Part shown: positions 24,561 through 36,630 of the stretch, in pieces
How positions within the stretch are numbered: the stretch's first letter is position 1
How the letters are laid out: the number at the start of each line of letters is the position of its first letter
Assembly: GCF_001194135.2 (NCBI RefSeq)
Contig: NC_068995.1
Location: 45,713,907-45,777,906 of the forward strand
Direction: 5' to 3'
Source: Octopus bimaculoides
Taxonomy: Eukaryota
DNA length: 64,000 bases
Made by a program: the position numbers and the translations under genes
Notes under the pieces: model-generated
Databases searched by the model: none
Told to the model about the DNA's origin: nothing
The model's input: the letters and a program-made list of their open reading frames with translations, nothing else

Positions 24561-26092
24561 GAAAATCAAGGCTTTACTAATGTCAATCATCACCACCATC
24601 ACATCCAGTTAAACAGAACTTACTGAGGCACATTTTCTACATTCGGATGCCCATCCTGTCATCAGTCCTCACCTGTTTCCAAGTAAGGTAATATTTCTAC
24701 ATGCCGAACAAAAGATTGGAAATGGATGCCACCTGCATGATGATAAAGCTCGTTTACAACTATCATGCGATGGCAAGACAAGGAGTGACTAACAGACTTA
24801 GTGTGTATGCTATGTGTGTTTGTCTGTAGGCTGCAATTTGGCATGTTGGAGATTGCTCCCTCAAGGCATCTGGTGTTCAAACACCTGACAGTGATGGACA
24901 GGTGTTTGCTGTCCATGACTTTCAGGTATTTTAACACCCAGTGGTGTGAGACACTAAGCACATACATTAAGAATGTGTAGTCAATAATATCTATTTCACT
25001 AGCACTGAATCTATTTCACATTTGAATAAAGAAATATATATATATATATAGGAAAATGAAAAAAAGGCAGAATGCTAAACTGGAAGCATATTTTAATAAA
25101 GATTTCTAACCGGTTTTCATTGCGAAGCAAATTATCAAGAAGGAGAATGAAAATGTTTTTTACAAAGAAGTACAAAATGAAGAAAATAATATATAAAAAA
25201 ATAACTATACCAATACATTATATTGTCTTTGAGCTTTTGAAGTTCAATGGTAGTTCATGTTTATAATGGTTGGAAAAATAAGGATGCATGAGAATAGAGA
25301 GTTGTGTTAGGTTTAACAAAAGGGTTAAAAATTTGTGTTAAGCAGGAAGTGTGGTGTCAAAACAGGAAGTGTGTGTAAGGGGAGACAAATGTTTTTAGTT
25401 GGAGTTATGAACTCTTTTTCAACTTCCTGTTGAAAAAGAGGTGGTGCTTCAGCATCGCCATAGTCAAATGACTGAAACAAGTAAAAGAGTTTGTATATAT
25501 GTATATATGTATATATGTATATATGTATATATGTAGTCAAATCGTCCAACCCATGCTAGCATGGAAAGCGGACGTTAAACGATGATGATGATGATGTATA
25601 GTTTGTCCCCCAGAAGCAGTTGTCTGCTAGTGATACTATGATACTATGAAAACCACCACCACCACCTGTGGTAGTAGTAGTAGTAGTGTTTGTATGTATG
25701 TGTAGCTAAAGCTGTTGGGAGTGTGGTTTGATGAATTGTAATGATCTCCTTAGTTCTGTTAGTCTGAAAGTATTTTAGCTTCTCCTGGCCACTTAGAACA
25801 ACAAATCAAAAAGTAAGGTTGGCGTTGTTGTTGATGTCGATGTTGTTTAGCCCCAGGTCATCCTTGATTGAGCAGCTTTACGACCAAAGGCATTCCAGCA
25901 GGATTACATTCTCCAATGTATTGTATGTTATTTAAGATGGTAGGGCATAATTGGAATGCAGTTAGGTCGGTATTTCTAGGAGGTTCAGTTGTGTTGGTTT
26001 GAAGGAAGACATGTCTAGTGCTAAGCCCTTTGTTATTTGTTATTCTGATGATGATACATCAGCAGTTCACTTTAACAAAGGAACTTCTATAT

Positions 26093-26294
26093 CAGCAGTT
26101 CTCAGCTGTGGCTTCCAGGGTCACATGTGGCCCTCGAGCATCTTTCTGGCAGCCCCCGACAGTCTTCCCTCTATGAATATAATGAATTTGTCTTTAATTG
26201 AATTGTTTTACTTGTTTTTTTTATTGGTGTAGCATCCTTAAAAAATTCAGGTTTTGGACCTGGCCTGGATAGCAACATGGTTGAGAACCCACTG
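26093..26294. mobile_element. hAT (Charlie-like) MITE
   Basis: TIRs cagcagttctcagc / gttgagaacccactg; 8-bp flanks ttctatat / ctctatac (6/8 match). Confidence 0.65.
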
Positions 26295-27195
26295 CTCTAT
26301 ACAGTGGCTCAACCTACAAGAAGTTGCTGCCAAATCAACCTCAGATCATACACTACTGAGACCCCCTTCAGTTATGACTGACCATGGGATTGCACCTAGA
26401 AAGTTACCTTCCGAGGCACAAGTCCAGGCAAGGTTATTTATGGAAGACCAGCAGTCGCCCATGCATACCGGTCTCCCCTCTCCACTCCACCGATGTCGTC
26501 CAAGGGAAAGACAAAGGCCGATACAGCTTGGCACCTGTGACGTCGCAACACATTTCTACAGCTGAGTGAATGGGAGGAACATGAAATAAAGTGTCTTGCT
26601 CAAGAACACAACATGCAGCCTGGTCCGGGAATTGAACTCACTACCTTATGATTGTGAGCCCGACGCTCTAACCACTGAGCCATACACTATGGTATAGTCA
26701 TGGTTGAAACCCCTTAGATCATAGATTTGCTCAGTCAGTGAGTTTGATATATTAAGAATTAGCTGTTAATGTATGTGTGTGTGTGTGATATTTTAATGAT
26801 TAGTAAATTATTGTCATGTAATTTATGACCAACAGTCAGTAAGTGAGTGTGTGACCTGTAATAATTAGTAGTTAACTAATGAGAATGTGTGTGTTGCTGT
26901 ATTAATAATTAAATACTAAGCTAGTCCTACAACTACTTCAATCTTATCTAGAAAATTCTGGCACCAGGAAAATGGTTTTGTAAATTTTCAGATGTGAATG
27001 TATTTGAGATGTGTGTATATAAGGTGTATGTAGTTTCAGTGTGTGTCTGCTATGTGTATGTATGTGTACTGTATATACTAGTTATGTGTGTATGAGTTGC
27101 CTATGATGTGTATGAGTAGGTTTTCTGCATGTGTGTATCTTGTTGCTGTTAATATTAATCAAATGTTTTCAATGAATTGTTTTCCATTTTTTTAG

Positions 27196-27257
27196 CCACC
27201 ACCTTCGTTACCAAAAGGAAAATTTTCTCCAGAATTCATAGATTTTGTGGATAGATG
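27196..27257 (+). CDS. MAP2K1: MEK1/2 coding exon (exon 9 equivalent)
   Basis: tttag|CCACCA...AGATG|gtaagt; 62 nt; PPPSLPKGKFSPEFIDFVDR(C). Confidence 0.95.
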
Positions 27258-27489
27258 GTAAGTCACTGTCATCATCGTTGTCATCACCGTCATCATCTTC
27301 TTTTGCCATTCTCCTCACAGGAAGTCATTACAGCTGTGTCAGACAAACGCATCATCTCTGTTTGGGGTGGACTTAATAATCTATCACTTGCTTTACCTCC
27401 ACTGCCGCCACTCACCCTATGGATACCTACAGCAGGGTCCACTCTGTTGTAAGCAGTAGGGCATGGGCCCTGATCTGAAGATAATAGAT

Positions 27490-27872
27490 GCAGGCATGGC
27501 CATGTGGTAAGAAGTTTGCTTCCCAACCATATGGTTCCAGGTTCAATCTCACTGTGTGGCACCCTGGACAAGTATCTTCTATAGCTGCAGGCTGACTAAA
27601 GCTTTGTGAATGGATTTGATAGGTGGAAACTGAAAGAAGCCTGTCATATACGTGCATCTGTTTGTGTCTATGTTTGTCCCTTACAACCACTTGGCAACCA
27701 GTTTTGGTGTGTTTATATCTCCCATAACTTAGTGGTTTGGCAAAAGTAACTGATAGAATATATACCAGGTTTAAAAATAAAAAAAAGTACTGGGGTTGAT
27801 TCACTTGACTAAAAACTCTCCAAGATGGTGCTCCAGCATGTCCACAGTCTAATGGCTGAAACAAGTAAAAAG
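27490..27872 (+). mobile_element. tRNA-derived SINE with an internal (TA)/(TG) microsatellite
   Basis: gcaggcatggccatgtggtaag..ggaaactgaaagaagcc..gatagaata(a)gtac..ccagcatg..gactgaaacaagtaaaa. Other copies at about 5340-5680 (-), 14980-15150 (+), 37140-37500 (+), 39820-39975 (-), 56605-56765 (-), 59180-59520 (+), 62810-62925 (+) and 63860-64000 (-). Confidence 0.85.
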
Positions 27873-27984
27873 GAAAAAGATAACCTGTGCATATCATGCA
27901 ATCAATCTTGACCAGTCTAAGAGGCCCTGGGAAAAGTCTTGAGCATTGCCCTTCCTGGGAAACTGCCCTGCCTCTTATGTGTGT

Positions 27985-28372
27985 GTGTGTGTTGGCCCTC
28001 CGTCGCTTACAACGTCGAGGGTTCCAGTTGATCCGATCAACGGAACAGCCTGCTCATGAAATTAATGTGCAAGTGGCTGAGCACTCCACAGACATGTGTA
28101 CCCTTAACGTAGTTCTCAAGGATATTCAGTGTGACACAGAATATGCCAAGGCTGACCCTTTGAATTACAAGCACAACAGAAACAGTAAGTAAGAGTGAGA
28201 GAAAGTTGTGGTGGAAGAGTACAGCAGGGTTCGCCACCATCCCTTGCCGGAGCCTCGTGGAGCTTTAGGTGTTTTCGCTCAATAAACACTCATAACGCCC
28301 GGTCTGGGAATTGAAACCGCGATCCTATGACCGTGAGTCCGCTGCCCTAACCACTGGGTCATTGCACCTCCA
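27985..28372 (-). mobile_element. Near full-length tRNA-derived SINE
   Basis: Minus-strand head ggaggtgcaatgacccagtggttagggc...ggtttcaattccc; internal hairpin gttccagttgatccgatcaacggaac. Confidence 0.75.
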
Positions 28373-29036
28373 CCCTGCCTCTTAACCCTTTAAAAAAAAG
28401 AAAACTATAAATTTAACACTCTATGATGGATGGATCCTACGCATTGACAACAACAACACTAAGTCCTCATTTTTGCTATTTGATCTAACAGTTGGTGGTA
28501 TTTTGTTTTGTATCTGTTACCTCCCCTCTTACTGCATTCATTGCTCTAGAATGGCCACAGTTAGTCCAGTATCTGGAATCTGTACAGGCACATGTAACAG
28601 TTTGTTAATATATGTCAGTGTTTAGTTACATTTTGTGTGTCTTTACGTTTTGAGTTCAAATTCCTCCAAGGTTGACTTTGCCTATCATCCTTTTGGGGTT
28701 GATAAAATAAGTACCAGCTGAACACTGGGGTCGATGTTATCGACTTAAATGTAATTGCCGAAATTGCTGGCCTTGTGTCAAAATTTGAAAACAATATGTT
28801 TAAAGTTAATCGACACGAAATAAGATCAAATGAGTAGAGAGATCAAATGAATAGAGATGAAATAGGATCATATAGTAGAGGGGTGAAGATAGTGGGGGAA
28901 GATTTTATTGAAATGCACAGCTATGAACTGGGTTCAATCCCAGATCGCTAGTGACAAAATGATTTTATAATTATGCTTAATTTTTTTCTTTTTTTTTAAT
29001 GAAGTTTTATTTTTTTTTTCATTTATTTTTTTAAAG

Positions 29037-29082
29037 CTTGAAGAAAAATCCATCAGAAAGGGCAGATTTACAGTCACTGAAG
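29037..29082 (+). CDS. MAP2K1: MEK1/2 coding exon (exon 10 equivalent)
   Basis: ttaaag|CTTGAAG...CTGAAG|gtgaat; 46 nt; (C)LKKNPSERADLQSLK. Confidence 0.95.
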
Positions 29083-29670
29083 GTGAATTATTGCTTCTCT
29101 CTCTATCTATTTCTCTGTTTGTCTATCTGTCTCTCAACCTATTTGTGTGTCAGTCTACCTCTCTCTCTCTCTCTCTCTGTCTATCTACCTATCTGTTTAT
29201 CTATTTGTGTGTCAAACTACCTCTTTGTCTACATACCTATCTGTGTCTGTCTGTCTACCTATCTATCAATCTATTTATGTGTCTATCTATTTCATATCTG
29301 TGCATCATCGTTATTACCATCATCATGTTTTAACATCCATCTTCTATGCTGGCATGGGTTGGATGATTTGACAGATTTAAAGAGCTTAAGGACTCCATCT
29401 TACTCCAATATCTGTTATGACAAATGTTTCTACAGTGTGAACTCACTCTTTCTTTTGTGGCACCAGCACCAGTGGGGTTGCCACGCAGTTTGCGTAACTA
29501 AGATTTCTTCTGACAGTAGAGAGGGAAGTGGTTTTAAGCTAGGATATATGAGAAGTTAAAAGTATGAACAGGTTTTCTGCTACAGAGGAATTACATGGCT
29601 ACTCGCACTGTTGAAGAGTGGGTGGGAGGAACCGAAGCAGAGCTAAAGTAGCAGTGATGAGGTATTGGGA

Positions 29671-29799
29671 TGCCTCTCATATAGATACCTTGGTTTGCCT
29701 CTCATATAGATACCTTGGTTTGCCTCTCGTATAGATACCTTGGTTTGCCTCTCATACGAATACTTTGGGTTACTTCGTATAAACACCTTGGGTTGCCTC
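29671..29799 (+). repeat. 25-bp minisatellite, about 5 copies
   Basis: tgcctctcatatagataccttggtt x3 near-perfect, then two decayed copies. Confidence 0.85.
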
Positions 29800-31122
29800 T
29801 GATGTAGGCTCCTTATTATGGCTGTGTTATCCGTAGATTGGGTGGTCTCTACTATAAGTAACTTACTCTACTTCTGCTCTGGGCAGTTTGTACTTTCAAT
29901 GTACAATATATATATATATATATATANNNNNNNNNNNNNNNNNNNNNNNNNNNNNNNNNNNNNNNNNNNNNNNNNNNNNNNNNNNNNNNNNNNNNNNNNN
30001 NNNNNNNNNNNNNNNNNNNNNNNNNNNNNNNNNNNNNNNNNNNNNNNNNNNNNNNNNNNNNNNNNNNNNNNNNNNNNNNNNNNNNNNNNNNNNNNNNNNN
30101 NNNNNNNNNNNNNNNNNNNNNNNNNNNNNNNNNNNNNNNNNNNNNNNNNNNNNNNNNNNNNNNNNNNNNNNNNNNNNNNNNNNNNNNNNNNNNNNNNNNN
30201 NNNNNNNNNNNNNNNNNNNNNNNNNNNNNNNNNNNNNNNNNNNNNNNNNNNNNNNNNNNNNNNNNNNNNNNNNNNNNNNNNNNNNNNNNNNNNNNNNNNN
30301 NNNNNNNNNNNNNNNNNNNNNNNNNATTAAGAGAATGCTGAATTTATGAGAGTTTGTCGTCGTCATCTTCTTCGTATCTTTCTTCTTCTTCTTTTTCTGG
30401 GTGCTTCTTATGTGGCACCAGCATTAATTAGTTAAGGTCACTGAGTAACTCACAAAACCAGACCCATCAACTGAGTAGAGTGTTGTATTGAGGGAAGTGG
30501 CTTAATGCCTGGTGATACATAGCTACCCTATTAGGTAAAGAGAGAAAATAGTGAAAATATGTCTGAGGATAATCTGAAGCGACAAGGAAGAGGACTATGA
30601 GAGAAATGGTACGGAATATTGGGTTTGCAAAAGTTTGAAAGGAGAGTGGCCGATGGATGGACGTGGTAATAGGTTAGTCCTCTTTTAGGATGCATAGGGT
30701 TGGCTCCCCAGTTTTTCTGGCGTGTATATTCCTCCCTGGATGGGATGCTGGTCTGTCACAGAATTACTCTTTTTTTTTTCCACTTGAGTGAACTGGAACA
30801 ATGTGAAATGAAGTGTTTTGCTCAAGAATACAGTGCAATGCCTGGTTCAGGAAACGAAACCGCAATCTTATGATCATGAGTCCAGTACCCTAACCATTAA
30901 GCCATGTGCTTTCACTAGAATGCAGAAAATGGTGAGGACAGTGGAGGGTGTGGTTGGCCGTGGATATCATTTGAGGTGATGGTGTGGAGGAGTAGGTCAG
31001 AGTTGTTTAGTAAATATTTTGTGTGACTTAACCCCCCAAAAAACTCAAATTATTCTTTTTCCTTTGTTCTCAGTCTTATTTTTTTTTTCTATTTTTTAAA
31101 AAAATTCTTCACTGGACTTTAG

Positions 31123-31218
31123 GACCATCCATTTGTGAGGAAAGCCGAGGCAGAACCTATTGATGTCGGATATTGGTTATGTAAAGTAATGGGTATGGAT
31201 CCGGAACAACAAGGCTGA
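31123..31218 (+). CDS. MAP2K1: MEK1/2 terminal coding exon (exon 11 equivalent)
   Basis: ctttag|GACCAT...GGCTGA; DHPFVRKAEAEPIDVGYWLCKVMGMDPEQQG*. The nine exons sum to 891 nt, in frame with no internal stop. Confidence 0.94.
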   Translation, partial: DHPFVRKAEAEPIDVGYWLCKVMGMDPEQQG

Positions 31219-31316
31219 AGGCTGTTTTGATTTCTTCTTCTCTCCCCTCTCTCTCTTCTTGGGCAAGGATGGAACTGAATGCAGCAGCAGCAACAGCAGG
31301 GTCTAGTGTTGACTGT

Positions 31317-31317
<1 letters not shown>

Positions 31318-31353
<36 letters not shown>
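31318..31353 (+). repeat. (GCA)12 in the probable MEK 3' UTR
   Basis: Uninterrupted gca repeats about 100 nt after the stop codon. Confidence 0.85.
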
Positions 31354-31355
<2 letters not shown>

Positions 31356-31886
31356 GACAGCGGTGGTGGTAGTGGTAGATATCATAGTTAAAAGTTATAG
31401 TCATAGTAGAAAGAAGTATTAGTAGCAGCTATCATGATGATGATGATGATGATGGTGGTAGTGGTTGTGGGGGGGGATCAGTGAAAGGTAAGGATGAGCA
31501 ATATGGAAACTACAACAACAACAATAACAACAACTCCTGAAACTGTGTGGTAAACCACTCAGGAATTCCTAATGGTTTTGTGGTTGGGGGGGGGGGTGCA
31601 GCAGGTCACATGACCTGTGCCTCACCCAACATGGAGTTGTTTTTTCTTTCTTTTTCTCTCTCTCTCTTTGGTCTTCTACCTGAGATCAATATCTGAAACT
31701 CTCCTTGCTATATTAATAATAATAATAATATTAGTAACAACATCAACAACAACAATAATAATGATTAGGTAAAAAATAAGTAAATAAATAAATAAAAAAA
31801 AAATATATAGATAGACAAATAGAAATGGATGTATTATCTGAATAGATTATGAACTGGTAACTACAAATCTAAGAGATAGTCGCTGT

Positions 31887-31921
<35 letters not shown>

Positions 31922-32583
31922 TAAGTGAGGTGTTGGCCATTATCAACACGGTACTACAAACGGCGCCATGCTGCAATTGTGAACACTGCTTGCATCATCA
32001 TCATCACTACCACCATGGCGATGACCATTATCACCACCATCACCATAGCTGCTGCTGCCACTGCTAGCACTGGCACCACCACCACTACTACTACTGCCAC
32101 CAATACCACTAACATGACCACAAAAACTCCACTAATAGTGATCACTTTGGATTTCATCTTCCGTCAACAAAGTCAACCAAAAGCCCAACCATAGACGATT
32201 ATTTGTTTGTTTTTTTTTTTCTTTAGGAAATATTTGACACTCTTCCTGAACGTGGGTCACCCCCCCTCCCCCGTCCTCCATTTCTCTCTAAATATTTTAA
32301 TTTTTTTTCTTCATCTCTTCTTCCTCTCCATTTCAGCCAATCAAATTTTGTCTGTCCATGTATACAAGGAATATATATATATATATATANNNNNNNNNNN
32401 NNNNNNNNNNNNNNNNNNNNNNNNNNNNNNNNNNNNNNNNNNNNNNNNNNNNNNNNNNNNNNNNNNNNNNNNNNNNNNNNNNNNNNNNNNNNNNNNNNNN
32501 NNNNNNNNNNNNNNNNNNNNNNNNNNNNNNNNNNNNNNNNNNNNNNNNNNNNNNNNNNNNNNNNNNNNNNNNNNNNNNNNNNN

Positions 32584-32626
<43 letters not shown>

Positions 32627-32979
32627 GTGTGTGTGTCTGTGTGAGCATGAGTGAGTGTAGACATTGATATGCAAGTGTTGTGTGTGCGTGTGCATGCACC
32701 CAATCATTAGCTCAACGCTTTAAAGGGACATAAAATGCACATGCACACAAAAGGGTGTGTATTTGCGTGCACACAAATATAGAAACAAAATGTTGTACAT
32801 TAACAAGAAGCACTCTTGTCCCAGGAATGGTTTCTCTCCAGTCTGTGAATGACCAGCTTTCCTTTCCTTCAGTTCACCTCTCTACTTTTAAGCTGTAAGA
32901 ATTCTTCAGGCATCATTCATGTCTTTTCGAAATATTGCCTTACCCGACCAGCAGCCATACTGCTGGTACATCAGCATGC

Positions 32980-33055
<76 letters not shown>

Positions 33056-35499
33056 TTTTAAAATTGCATAGAAGGATGAAAAACGAGCACGATGAAAATT
33101 CACACAGGACATAGGCATGTTCATCCCTCTTTAGTTATTGTCCAAAAGTCATAACATTTTCACACCTTTAACGTTAGTATTGTTCATTTTGGTCGTATCA
33201 AAAGCAAAAAGTTGCTGGGACTAAATGAGCAGACATCAAGGACAGTGAGAAAAAGCAAACATGATACAGGTAGTTGGTACAAATATAAATATACATATAC
33301 AGAAGAAAGGCCTTACAGCTATGAGACAGTAGATATATATTTAGGTGTGTATGTGTAAGTAAAAATCCAACTTGGTTTTGTTTATGGTCGTCTACTTTTG
33401 ATTTCTAGACTAATTTTCTTTGTTAGTTTCTATGGACAGTGGGTGGTGGAATTGATGGAGTTGTGGACAAAAGAAAATAAAACTCCATTCATGGTATTTA
33501 GTTATGTTCTTCCATATGTTCTGTTTGAGGGTTGACTCTGTTTTTATTCCTTCCTGATTGAATATAAGGAAGAAAAAAAAAGTTTAAGCACCTTTCATGT
33601 ATAGGATCTGGGGATTTAATTAATTAAAATCCTTATAATTCCCACCTGACTTTACTCGTGAATCAAAGAAAAAAACAAAAAAAAAACAAGACCAAACGAC
33701 ATTGTGGCTGTGTGCTTATGTTAGAAATTGTCTGATGTAATCCCTTGATTTCAAAAATCTGTGAACTCTTAGAAGCCAGGATCTCCAGCTGAAGAATGAA
33801 ATGATGTGTGCGTGTTTGTGTGTCCAACAGGACTGGTGTTAATATTTTAATGATTGCCTGTGCCTCTTCCTGGTGTTATGAGTTTGGAGATCTGGAAATG
33901 TTTATAACAGTTGATTGCGGGTGGTGAAAGGGTGGAAGGAAGGACTAGTGGACTGTATACAAGGAAGGACTAGTGGACTGTATACAAATTATCACTAACG
34001 ATAACAAAGAAATTGGACGGAAATTATTAAATAAAATATCGTTTCAAAAGTTGGATTTTTCTTAGTTTGTAAGTAATATGCTATATTTTATATAGTGTGT
34101 GTATATGTTTGTTAGAGTGTGTGTGTGTGTGTTGAAAACTGCAAAAATACTTTCTATCATATATAAAGTTGTAAAATAAAAGAGGTGAGCTCACACAGAT
34201 AACCGTGTGTGATTGGGGGAAAGAACTGGATTAGATCCAGCCCTCCTTTGACTTCAATACTCTGCTTCTAATTTATGTTTGGTTTTGGCGGAGAAGAGAA
34301 GAAAAAGAAAAAGATCCATTTTTTTTCCTCTCCTTAGTCTAATTATGATCATTCAGCCCTCTTCACCACCACCACCACAACACTGCCGCCGCCACAATGA
34401 CCACTGTAATTCTGCCTCTACCTATCTACTTGACCTCCACCCCCACTCTGGCCCCCTTTCCTCCCCCACCAAATCATGTTCCTACCTCTTCACCTGTATG
34501 TATAATAGTAGTTGTATGACAACTGTTCTACTGTGATACAGAGACATTCATCCCATTCCCTTTCTAAACTTGATAACTCTTGGCTATCACCGTTTCTCTC
34601 TCTCTCTTTCACTCACTCATTCACTCCTGTTGATCTGTCTGTCTCTCAAACACACACACACACACACACATATAATCTGACAGCCACAGCTGTTGGACTG
34701 TTTTGAACTCGTGGAAGCTAATTTTTACCAAGTTTTTTTTATTTTCATTACCTTTATTTTATTTTATTATTATTATTTTTTTTTTTTNNNNNNNNNNNNN
34801 NNNNNNNNNNNNNNNNNNNNNNNNNNNNNNNNNNNNNNNNNNNNNNNNNNNNNNNNNNNNNNNNNNNNNNNNNNNNNNNNNNNNNNNNNNNNNNNNNNNN
34901 NNNNNNNNNNNNNNNNNNNNNNNNNNNNNNNNNNNNNNNNNNNNNNNNNNNNNNNNNNNNNNNNNNNNNNNNNNNNNNNNNNNNNNNNNNNNNNNNNNNN
35001 NNNNNNNNNNNNNNNNNNNNNNNNNNNNNNNNNNNNNNNNNNNNNNNNNNNNNNNNNNNNNNNNNNNNNNNNNNNNNNNNNNNNNNNNNNNNNNNNNNNN
35101 NNNNNNNNNNNNNNNNNNNNNNNNNNNNNNNNNNNNNNNNNNNNNNNNNNNNNNNNNNNNNNNNNNNNNNNNNNNNNNNNNNNNNNNNNNNNNNNNNNNN
35201 NNNNNNNNNNNNNNNNNNNNNNNNNNNNNNNNNNNNNNNNNNNNNNNNNNNNNNNNNNNNNNNNTTCTTATTTATTTTTTTTTTCTCTCTTTTTAAATAA
35301 AAATAAATTTTCTCACTAATCTACTTTTTATTGAAATCTTTGAATACATATTGGTTCTTTTTCTCACCTCTGCCATTTTCACCACCACCATCATCATCAT
35401 CATCATCATCAAACATGTTTTTTAAAAAACCTTGTTCACTCTGTTTCAACATATTCTTGCCCTAAATCTATATTTTTCTCAATATTATTGTTATTGTAA

Positions 35500-36630
35500 T
35501 CAAGGTGGAATAGCAGAATTGATTGAGCAGCATAAACAAATAATAATAAAAAAAAAATGCCTTGTTGTATTTAGTGCTGTTCCTTTATGAGTCTGAATCC
35601 CGCTGGGTATCGATTTTACTTTTCATCCTTCTGGAATTGATAAAATACCTGTCATTTACTGGGGCTGAGTCAATCAATTGTATCCATCCCTCCAAATTTG
35701 TGGCCTTCTGCCAATGTTAGAAAAATCTTAATTGTTGTTGTTGTTGTTATTATTAAGGTGGCGAGCTAGCAGAATCATTAGCACGCCAGGCAAAATGCTT
35801 AGCAGTATTTCATCTGGCCTTACGTTCTGAGTTCAAATTCTGCTGAGGTTGACTTTGCCTTTCATCCTTCCGGGGTTGATGAATTAAGTACCAGTTACAC
35901 TCCGGGGTTGATCTAATCGACTGCTCCTCCCCACCCTCCCCAAAAAATGTCAGGCCTGTGCCTATAGCAGAAAGGATCTTTATTATTTACCAAGGCAGCG
36001 AGTTGGCAGAATCGTTAACACACCGGGCAAAATGCTTAGCAGTATTTCGTCTAGCCTTACGTTCGGAGTTCAAATTCTGCCAAGATTGACTTTGCTTCTC
36101 ATCCTTTTGGGGTTGATAAATTAAGTACCAGTGTGACACTGGGGTTGATGTAATTGGCTCAACCCCCTCCCACAAGCTGCTCTTGTGGCAAAAATTTGAA
36201 ATCATCATCATCATCAGCATTATTATTATCAAGATGGTGAGCTGGCAGAATCGTTAGCATGCTGGACGAAATGCTTAGAGATATTTTGCCCATTGCTATA
36301 TTCTGAGTTCAAATTCCGCTAAGGTCAACTTTGCCTTTCATCGTTTAGGGGTCGATAAAATAAGTACCAGTTGAGTACTGGGATTGATGTAATTGACTAT
36401 CCCCATCCTTGAGATTTCAGGCCTTGTGCCTATACTAGAAAATATTATTATTAAGGTGGCAGAATGCCCAGCTGCACTTTTTCTGACTCATTACATTTCG
36501 AGTTCAAATCCTATCGAGGTCAACTTTACCTTTCATCCTTACAAAATAGAGTACAAGTGAAATACTGGGATCAATGCAATCAACTAACCCCTTTGCCCTA
36601 AAATTTCTAGCTTTGTACCTTAAACAGAAA
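35500..36630 (+). mobile_element. Tandem chain of about 5 SINE copies joined by (ATT)n-like linkers
   Basis: Repeated aaggtggcgagctagcagaatc heads at about 35755, 35990, 36230 and 36450. Confidence 0.8.

Noticed and set aside
29038-29559. 173-aa ORF
   Set aside because: Only the first 15 codons are MEK exon 10; the rest is intronic (CTAT)/(CT) repeat.
29671-29799. CRISPR-like array
   Set aside because: Units are contiguous with no spacers, there are no cas genes, and the context is eukaryotic.
31885-32194. His/Thr-rich ORFs after the MEK stop
   Set aside because: Trinucleotide low-complexity sequence in the probable 3' UTR.
32825-32851. C2H2 zinc-finger linker-like TGEKPF on the minus strand
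   Set aside because: No flanking Cys/His spacing or open frame; chance match or unrecognisable relic.
32860-32915. CTGAAGA on the minus strand as a hammerhead
   Set aside because: No closing stem II, GAAAC or NUH in register.
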